A stretch of DNA of 64,000 nucleotides from a virus, in the IMG/VR virus record IMGVR_UViG_3300017917_000321, positions 1 to 64,000 of that record; one strand, 5' to 3'. Below are positions 58,083-64,000 of the stretch, one piece after another; the first letter of the stretch is position 1; each line of letters starts with the position of its first letter. The translations under genes and the position numbers were made by a program. The notes beneath the pieces are model-generated. The model saw only the letters and a list, made by a program, of their open reading frames with translations, did no database searches and was not told the DNA's origin.

Positions 58083-59317
58083 AAATAGCAGTTGTTGGTG
58101 GTGGTACAGCAGGTTGGATGGCTGCTGCATATCTAAGTAAAACATTCGATGTTACGATTATCGAAAGTGCAGATATACCTATTGTGGGTGTAGGAGAAAG
58201 CACACTTCCTATTGTTAAGAAGTTTTGCGATGATTTAGGACTTGACGAAGCAGATTGGATGCCATTATGTCAAGCAGAATACAAGCTAGGTATTAGACAT
58301 GAAGGTTGGAAAAAGGATCGAAAAGATCCTTGGTGGCATTGGTTCTTATATGACAGAAACAAAGATAGCGAAATGCTCAAGCACGTAGAAAATCATACAG
58401 TACCCCCTAGCGGTAGTTATGCTTATCACGTAGATGCTATGAAATTTGGTTCAGCAGTAATGAAGCCTGTTGCCCTTAAAAACGGAGCCAAACATTTAAT
58501 AGATACTGTTGAAGATGTAGCGTTAAATGCTGATGGAGAGATTGACCATTTATTGTTAAAAAATAACGGTCCTAAATGTTTTGACCTTTATGTTGATGCA
58601 ACAGGATTTGCAAAAGTTCTAGCAAAGAAAGTGGGAATAAACTATCTTCCATACGAACATTTAATCAATGACAGTGCTGTGGCCTGTCCTCAAGAACCTG
58701 CACCTATTCAGAATAGATACACTATTACTAGGACTATGAACCACGGTTGGATGTGGGAAATTGCACTACAGAATCGTAGAGGCGCAGGTTATGTTTTTAG
58801 CAGTAAACACTGTTCAGACGAAGAAGCGATTGAAGAATACCTACAGTATTTTCCAAACTCGGATAGATCGAAACTGCGTGTTATAAAATTCAAACCTGAG
58901 TATGCAGAAAATCCATTCTACAAAAATGTAGCAACAGTTGGTATGAGCTGCGGATTCATTGAACCTTTAGAAGCTAATAGTATATGGATGATATCTTATA
59001 ATGTATTGGGACTTTATAGATGTTTAACAGAGGGAAAGTCTTTTGATACATTTAATAGAGCCTTTAGAAAAACCAGTTTTGAAATGTATGATTTTATCCT
59101 AAGTCATTATACACTGTCTGATAGAGATCATACAGACTACTGGAGATACTATAAGGATCTAGAACAGAAGATTAATACTAGAGATAGAGTTAAAGAAAAG
59201 AGTAAACTAATGGATGTAGAACTAGGAAGACATCCTGGGATATTCTATCCCTACAGTTGGTGGACTAAAGACAAATACTTTAATCAAGACGCCACGCTTT
59301 ATACTCAGGAACATTAA
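58079..59317 (+). CDS. Flavin-dependent halogenase (tryptophan halogenase family)
   Basis: GGGTAGW, IVGVGEST, AEYKLGI (catalytic-Lys position), YAYHVDA, YVDATGF, GWMWEI (WxWxI), GFIEPLE, HY..S.R..T.YW. Confidence 0.85.
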   Translation: MKIAVVGGGTAGWMAAAYLSKTFDVTIIESADIPIVGVGESTLPIVKKFCDDLGLDEADWMPLCQAEYKLGIRHEGWKKDRKDPWWHWFLYDRNKDSEMLKHVENHTVPPSGSYAYHVDAMKFGSAVMKPVALKNGAKHLIDTVEDVALNADGEIDHLLLKNNGPKCFDLYVDATGFAKVLAKKVGINYLPYEHLINDSAVACPQEPAPIQNRYTITRTMNHGWMWEIALQNRRGAGYVFSSKHCSDEEAIEEYLQYFPNSDRSKLRVIKFKPEYAENPFYKNVATVGMSCGFIEPLEANSIWMISYNVLGLYRCLTEGKSFDTFNRAFRKTSFEMYDFILSHYTLSDRDHTDYWRYYKDLEQKINTRDRVKEKSKLMDVELGRHPGIFYPYSWWTKDKYFNQDATLYTQEH

Positions 59318-59840
59318 CACGCCATAGCTTTTGCTTGGTGTACATGTACTCAAAGTTGTCATCGACTAGCGTAAAGATTCCAGTCCTAGCTACCCTAGGA
59401 ACCATGTTTTCATTCATGCGTTGACTCTTGCCGTTGGTTGATGACTTTTCTATATTAGTTGTGAAATAAAATTCAGCAACTGGATTAATATTAGTAATAA
59501 AATCAATCTGCATATTTAGAACTTCCATTAGCTGATAGCTGGCTCTAAAACTATGCTGACCAGTGGTGTATCCTGGTAGCGTTGCTCCTCTATAGAATAC
59601 TCTATATGCATTTGTATTCAGTTCTTTCATAGAATGAACACCGCATAAATTAAAAATAATATCTTTGTCTACATCGTACCCTACAAAAAACTGTCCATGA
59701 GGCATCTTCATTTTTTCTAAATTTATTGCCTTAAATGAACTGTTATTATAGTAACCTAATGAGTCGCATCTATTACAAAAATCTTGCAACTTATTATGAT
59801 CACTATCTTGGAGGAGTCTAAACAGAATATTAGAATTCAT
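59280..59840 (-). CDS. GNAT-like acyltransferase (putative)
   Basis: Beta-strand/G-V-H core, YRVFYRGATLPGY, FYFTTN..F.LV pattern resembles the GNAT fold; ATG 59840 overlaps the upstream gene end. Confidence 0.4.
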   Translation of the reverse strand: MNSNILFRLLQDSDHNKLQDFCNRCDSLGYYNNSSFKAINLEKMKMPHGQFFVGYDVDKDIIFNLCGVHSMKELNTNAYRVFYRGATLPGYTTGQHSFRASYQLMEVLNMQIDFITNINPVAEFYFTTNIEKSSTNGKSQRMNENMVPRVARTGIFTLVDDNFEYMYTKQKLWRVNVPEYKAWRLD

Positions 59841-60501
59841 TCTTCCATGTTGTTCTATTTGCTTCTTGTCTTCTACCATAAAACTCTAACGTATTCATGT
59901 CAAAAATATCACCAGTTGATCGACCATTGATAATGCATTCGGCTAATTGAGATGTAGCACTAACAGGCATAAACATTATGTGCTCATCTTTAGCCAGTGT
60001 AGACATGTCAAACTTTGTTGAATTGTATCCTACTAGTATAGGAGGAGGGTACTCGGTCATACCATACCAATTAGCAACTATCTGTACACCGTGATTTCTA
60101 AATGTGTCAATAAACTCCTGAGTAATTTTATTACTACCTGTGACCATGTATCTTACACAGCTCATGTCTAACTGTGCAAATCCTTTGGTCTTTTTTAGTA
60201 ATTCAAAGTGTCTCGGTATAAGACTAATAAAAGTAGGCTGTACTTCTTTAAACAGTTCAATGTATGAGTACGCATTAAATGCAGCAGTGCATAGGTGTGC
60301 GCCACTTAGCATTGCTGGATAAGCAGTTATTGTATAGTGTGCTATGGTGTTAGATGGAAACACATCTAACACTCTATCCTCTGGTCCTAGTTTGCTTTCT
60401 TTAATAGAGCGTAATGCGTAGGACTTCATTCTTTCCCAACTGTGGTTTACCTTTTTAGGTTCATCTGTACTGCCTGACGTGAATAGAGTAATACCGCTCA
60501 T
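59830..60501 (-). CDS. Truncated AMP-binding (ANL adenylate-forming) enzyme
   Basis: FTSGSTDEPK (A3), WYGMTE (A5), STGD (A7), FYGR (A8); 223 aa. Confidence 0.75.
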   Translation of the reverse strand: MSGITLFTSGSTDEPKKVNHSWERMKSYALRSIKESKLGPEDRVLDVFPSNTIAHYTITAYPAMLSGAHLCTAAFNAYSYIELFKEVQPTFISLIPRHFELLKKTKGFAQLDMSCVRYMVTGSNKITQEFIDTFRNHGVQIVANWYGMTEYPPPILVGYNSTKFDMSTLAKDEHIMFMPVSATSQLAECIINGRSTGDIFDMNTLEFYGRRQEANRTTWKNEF

Positions 60502-61322
60502 TACAAATCCTTTAGTATTTCGTTAGCTGTGTGTAAATGCACACCTGTGCCAGGATGGGCAGAGATGTTATTATTTTGTTTCATTACATCACGGGCGTAA
60601 CGTTCGCTAACATTATATATGTTTAAGCTGTCCATGTCAATGCTTTTAAGGTTGAAATCCTGTACAAATTTGTCGTCTGGATAATAGGATAGTTCAATTA
60701 ATTTACAGCCTAGGCTTTTACAAAACTCTCTAAGCATTGTTGAATAACACTGTGCTTCTTTTAGCAAAAAGTCTGTGTTCGTTAATAAATTGTATGCATC
60801 AATATACGTTGGATACTCAAGTGGAATATGTTTTCCCGAGAATGTTAGAGATTTGTCATTATCAAAAAATGTATATCCATGAATTGGGGGGTATTCAAAA
60901 ATGCATATTTTTGGAGTAGTAAATTTTTTTATGTAATTAAAAAATGAATACACCTGTAGTTTAATACTAAAGGTAGGTCCTGCATAGTTAATGTAATCAA
61001 AATTTAAACGATCTGCAATGATATCAGAAAATCTTTTTTCTTCTGGTATGCCTATCCCCATGGCATAACTAGTACCTGACACATAGACAAGGTTTGATGA
61101 TAACGTGTCTAACTCTTTAGTCATACGCAATCCGTGAGAATTAAAATTATATACAACCGGAGTATCTTTATACATCCAATCATCAGGCATATATTTTAGA
61201 TTTCTTTCAAACAGATCTTCTCTATCAGGACCGTAAAACCGGTAAGACCCCGGCTTCATGCTGTCATGAGTATACGGCCAATCCTGAACGTTGTATAGTT
61301 GTACTGTGTTTAACTTAGACAT
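60501..61322 (-). CDS. SGNH-like protein
   Basis: YNFNSHGLR; VSGTSYAMGIG; NYAG; C-terminal SAHPG..H. Confidence 0.55.
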   Translation of the reverse strand: MSKLNTVQLYNVQDWPYTHDSMKPGSYRFYGPDREDLFERNLKYMPDDWMYKDTPVVYNFNSHGLRMTKELDTLSSNLVYVSGTSYAMGIGIPEEKRFSDIIADRLNFDYINYAGPTFSIKLQVYSFFNYIKKFTTPKICIFEYPPIHGYTFFDNDKSLTFSGKHIPLEYPTYIDAYNLLTNTDFLLKEAQCYSTMLREFCKSLGCKLIELSYYPDDKFVQDFNLKSIDMDSLNIYNVSERYARDVMKQNNNISAHPGTGVHLHTANEILKDL

Positions 61323-62046
61323 CGGTTGGCTTGAATTTAAAGAGAGACTCTAAATCTTCCTTTTTAGGAGTTCCGTAAAGTATTACCCAATCATCTCCTT
61401 CGTGATTAATAACAGAATGAAATACTGCTGTGTTTACAAGATATACTTTTCCAGGTTGTAGTATGTATTCTCTTTCAGCAGTATGACCAAAATACCATAC
61501 GCAGTTTTCATGTATCTGAAGGTTCATGTGCATGCGAGCAATAACATTAGGATAAGGCACGTCTACATGTAAGTGCAGTCCTGATCCTTCTGGTATAACT
61601 GTTACTCGCATGTTTAGTAGATACTGTGCTGCCTTGTTGTATAGCTTTTCAAATGCACCAAATTTATACTTTGATAAAATTGGATTAGATTGATCGCTAA
61701 AATTAGGATCACCAATTTCTGGATACAACTCTTTATTTGCTATGAAACTAAAAGGAAGAGGGTCGTAGCGTTCTTTTGACCAATTTAACAACCACCAATA
61801 AGTGGGGTTACCGCTATCGAATGATGGATCGGCAGCTTGCCATCGCCTCACCATATTCGAATCATAATATTTTTCGTATTCCTTACTTACTACAAATTTA
61901 GCTGATTGTAAATTGAGTTTGACCTGTTGGTACCATTCTAACAGACCTGTGTGATCTACGCTAAAAGGCAACTCGATAATATCCCAATCTATATTTTGCA
62001 GATCGGAAGTCTTTAAATTTTCAATGTCTGTTATATATCGCTGCAT
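61315..62046 (-). CDS. AspH-like 2OG-Fe(II) oxygenase
   Basis: PEGSGLHLHVD..RMHMNL..PGKVYLVNT..HSVIN; N-terminus similar to 54508..55239; ATG 62046 preferred. Confidence 0.75.
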   Translation of the reverse strand: MQRYITDIENLKTSDLQNIDWDIIELPFSVDHTGLLEWYQQVKLNLQSAKFVVSKEYEKYYDSNMVRRWQAADPSFDSGNPTYWWLLNWSKERYDPLPFSFIANKELYPEIGDPNFSDQSNPILSKYKFGAFEKLYNKAAQYLLNMRVTVIPEGSGLHLHVDVPYPNVIARMHMNLQIHENCVWYFGHTAEREYILQPGKVYLVNTAVFHSVINHEGDDWVILYGTPKKEDLESLFKFKPTDV

Positions 62047-62050
62047 GCAG

Positions 62051-62056
62051 TATTTA
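62051..62056 (-). promoter_or_regulatory. Late-promoter-like TAAATA (minus strand)
   Basis: Minus strand reads TTAAATACTGCATG, placing the motif 4 nt before the start codon at 62046. Confidence 0.4.
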
Positions 62057-62062
62057 ACAGTC

Positions 62063-62095
62063 AAAAAAAATGGCCTAACTAAATTAGGCCATTTT
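62063..62095 (-). terminator. Rho-independent terminator
   Basis: AAAATGGCCTAA-ctaaa-TTAGGCCATTTT inverted repeat with an 8-T tract on the minus strand, just downstream of the fibre gene. Confidence 0.8.
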
Positions 62096-62112
62096 CGTAT
62101 TAGTTATAATTA

Positions 62113-63348
62113 TTATCCTAGTACAACCCAAGCTGTACCATTGTAACCTTTAAATTCGTTAGTTGTGCTATCAAAGACAATCCAACCTGCTTCCGGACTT
62201 GATGGCAAACTACCTGTTGCGTATCCAGTTGCTTTAAATACTGGAGCAGTAAATACACCGGCTGTGCTAAATGTTGCCTTCTTAAATGCTGCTGGATTTG
62301 GTCCATTTGGCATAGTTAGTTCCATAAGTGACTGAGGTGCAGTTGATACACCGTCACTTGGAGTTACTAGTTTAACATTGATAAGACCTAGTGTAGCAGA
62401 TATAGTTCCTACTGGGGTAAGTGCTAGACCGTTGAATCTTATATTACCTGCACTATCTCCTGAATCAAGAGCAACAGTACTAACTGTGCTGCTTGAAATA
62501 GCATTTAATACTAAGTGAGGACCATTTTGTCCGTTACTAGAAGAATCAATTCTAATGCCAGGATCTGTATAAGGATTGACACATACTAGTGCTGGACCAA
62601 CCGGTCCACCTATACCATTAATTTCGACACTACCTAATGAACTAGTAATAGTATCATTAACAATTGAAATTACTCCATTGGAAAGAATTCTATTAGTTCC
62701 GTCAACTAAAATAGTACTATCTTCACCTGCTACAGAACCTTTAAATGTTCCGTAGTGCTCGTCATTATTGCCATTGACTAAAAGTCTGCCATGTATTGAC
62801 GAAATATTACCTGTTACATTGCCTGTTACATTGCCTGTTACATTGCCTGTTACATTACCAGTTACATTACCAGTTAAGTTGCCAGTGACATTGCCACTAA
62901 CATCACCAGTTACATTACCAGTTAGATCTCCAAAGAAATCTGCATACATGCGTTGATTATAACTGTCAACAAGTATAGCAACACCGTCTGGTGTCCTAAC
63001 TGATCCTAAAAATACTCTGGTATCACTATTTAGAACAGGATCACCGACAGAGTCTTCAAGATCTATATAATAGCTGCCGCCGGGTGTTGTTGGTGATGAT
63101 TCTGGCGAAGCAATCCAGTCAGTACCGTCATAACGTAGAACATCACCTTCTTGCGGTGTAAGTGTTAGATCAACATCGGAAAGATCGTCTAGTCCGTACA
63201 CAGCTCCTGTGTTAACTAGTATTCCGCCTATAGTAGTACCGTCACCAATCCATAAACGTTTGGTATCAGTTGTGTAGATAAGCTCGCCTTCAGCAGGCGT
63301 TATCAGCTGGCGCTGTGTATCTGTTCCGCGTCTAAGACGTAATGCCAT
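62113..63348 (-). CDS. Tail fibre/fibre-like protein with Mtd-type N-terminal domain
   Basis: MALRLRRGT..PAEGELIYTTDTKRLWIGDG; LDDLSDV..GDVLRYDGTDW; GNVT repeats; C-terminal PEAGWIVFDST..FKGYNGTAW; GGGAG RBS before ATG 63348. Confidence 0.8.
   Translation of the reverse strand: MALRLRRGTDTQRQLITPAEGELIYTTDTKRLWIGDGTTIGGILVNTGAVYGLDDLSDVDLTLTPQEGDVLRYDGTDWIASPESSPTTPGGSYYIDLEDSVGDPVLNSDTRVFLGSVRTPDGVAILVDSYNQRMYADFFGDLTGNVTGDVSGNVTGNLTGNVTGNVTGNVTGNVTGNVTGNISSIHGRLLVNGNNDEHYGTFKGSVAGEDSTILVDGTNRILSNGVISIVNDTITSSLGSVEINGIGGPVGPALVCVNPYTDPGIRIDSSSNGQNGPHLVLNAISSSTVSTVALDSGDSAGNIRFNGLALTPVGTISATLGLINVKLVTPSDGVSTAPQSLMELTMPNGPNPAAFKKATFSTAGVFTAPVFKATGYATGSLPSSPEAGWIVFDSTTNEFKGYNGTAWVVLG
62809..62928 (-). 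repeat. 12-bp coding tandem repeat, 10 units (G-N/D-V/L-T)n
   Basis: Units such as GCCTGTTACATT (three identical in a row, 62821-62856) and ACCAGTTACATT. Confidence 0.9.
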
Positions 63349-63379
63349 TCGAGTAACTCCCAATATACTTTATTACAAG

Positions 63380-63399
63380 TATTTATGCCTTTTAGGCAT
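63380..63399 (-). promoter_or_regulatory. Late-promoter-like ATAAATA overlapping a small hairpin
   Basis: Minus strand reads ATGCCT-aaa-AGGCAT-AAATAC upstream of the fibre gene. Confidence 0.5.
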
Positions 63400-63711
63400 T
63401 TACTTAGGGCGTTTCATAAAGCGTTTTGTACGCTCTTGTACGTCTTTTTTGACCTTTTGCGTATTAAGATTAAAGTCCACGCTCTCAATAAGTTCGTCGT
63501 GTTCTTTGAAGAATTCGTCTAGAATTTCTTCTACAGCTTCTAACGTAGTACCGCGGCGTCTACGCAGATCAATATTCCACTGTCTACCGTCTTTAAAATG
63601 TACGTTTACACCCTGCAAATACTCAATAGGTATAGCTTTAATTTCTACATCTTCAAATATTTCGGGCCAGTGATCAATAATTTCTTGCGGTAATTTGTTG
63701 TTTTTAGGCAC
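63400..63711 (-). CDS. Hypothetical phage protein
   Basis: 103-aa ORF (HWPEIFED..PIEYL..V.FKDG..W); start overlaps the upstream gene end. Confidence 0.65.
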   Translation of the reverse strand: MPKNNKLPQEIIDHWPEIFEDVEIKAIPIEYLQGVNVHFKDGRQWNIDLRRRRGTTLEAVEEILDEFFKEHDELIESVDFNLNTQKVKKDVQERTKRFMKRPK

Positions 63712-64000
63712 TTGGTTCAGATGACTTTTTCTTGGTAGGAGATAGCTTTTCAGCTTCTTCTCTTAGACGCTTGGCTTCTTTATAGAGCCTATCAGCATCA
63801 CTACGATATTTAGCCGCAAGGGCATCATCTGAAAGTGGTTGTTCGTTACTTGCAAATGCTTCAAAAGTTTCTGGAGTAGCAGCCGCAACTGGAGCAGCTT
63901 TTGGTGCTTCATTAACATTAGCTGGCTTTACTGCTAGATCAGCTACCGAAACACCTTTTTGCTGAGCAACCATCTCATTTAGTTCTTTAAGAGAAATGGT
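63704..64000 (-). CDS. Hypothetical phage protein, 5'-truncated by the window end
   Basis: Frame open to the window edge (TISLKELNEMVAQQKG...); C-terminal coiled coil. Confidence 0.6.
   Translation of the reverse strand, partial: TISLKELNEMVAQQKGVSVADLAVKPANVNEAPKAAPVAAATPETFEAFASNEQPLSDDALAAKYRSDADRLYKEAKRLREEAEKLSPTKKKSSEPSA

Noticed and set aside
23020-62046. Classical RiPP cluster, or bacterial O-antigen/capsule locus
   Set aside because: No precursor-sized ORFs in the small gaps and no recognisable RRE, protease or exporter; no Wzx/Wzy/ABC transporter or initiating phosphoglycosyltransferase; flanked by phage fibre genes with phage-type late motifs
62809-62928. Tandem repeat as a possible CRISPR array
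   Set aside because: Contiguous 12-bp units with no spacers, in frame within a fibre gene and encoding GNVT
62113-63348. Diversity-generating retroelement suggested by the Mtd-like N-terminus
   Set aside because: Only the N-terminal anchor domain resembles Mtd; no reverse transcriptase, C-type lectin variable region or template repeat is visible in the window
3394-63673. Numerous short alternative-frame and antisense ORFs in the supplied track (e.g. 9315-9728, 18331-18753, 62768-62956)
   Set aside because: All lie largely or wholly inside longer motif-bearing genes and lack RBS or recognisable motifs; treated as shadow ORFs
1-64000. Alternative genetic code (stop-codon reassignment) as seen in some jumbo phages
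   Set aside because: Standard-code ORFs tile the window almost completely, and TAA, TGA and TAG all end genes at sensible junctions
1-64000. tRNA/rRNA genes, integrase, transposase, intein or intron
   Set aside because: Intergenic gaps are about 100 nt or less and none shows such structure; no matching motifs were recognised in the proteins. An intein in the giant protein cannot be excluded by eye.

Overview
AT-rich, gene-dense segment of a large (probably jumbo) tailed phage genome using the standard genetic code. The first ~23 kb is a virion module: a giant baseplate/tail protein whose frame is open from the window edge (>4,930 aa), a conserved tail-associated protein, three tail-fibre-like proteins sharing one N-terminal module, and a pair of paralogous structural proteins. 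Next comes a ~39 kb (23.0-62.0 kb), nearly gap-free block of about 40 mostly tailoring-enzyme genes. It holds 9 radical SAM proteins, 6 AspH-type 2OG-Fe(II) oxygenase genes (7 domains), 4 GT-A and 2 GT10-like glycosyltransferases, UDP-glucose dehydrogenase, 3 SGNH proteins, 2 PP-loop ATPases and 2 beta-propellers. It also holds single sulfotransferase-like, methyltransferase, kinase-like, CX5R phosphatase, flavin-dependent halogenase, nitronate monooxygenase/FabK-like, truncated adenylate-forming and GNAT-like proteins. Another tail-fibre gene closes the block on the right. TAAATA (T4 late-promoter-like) motifs precede both structural genes and several enzyme genes. My main hypothesis (inference) is a phage-encoded pathway that builds and heavily tailors a glycan or other post-translational decoration on the virion or its fibres. 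I found no tRNA, rRNA, CRISPR array or integrase/transposase. All family calls come from motif recognition by eye, not database searches.
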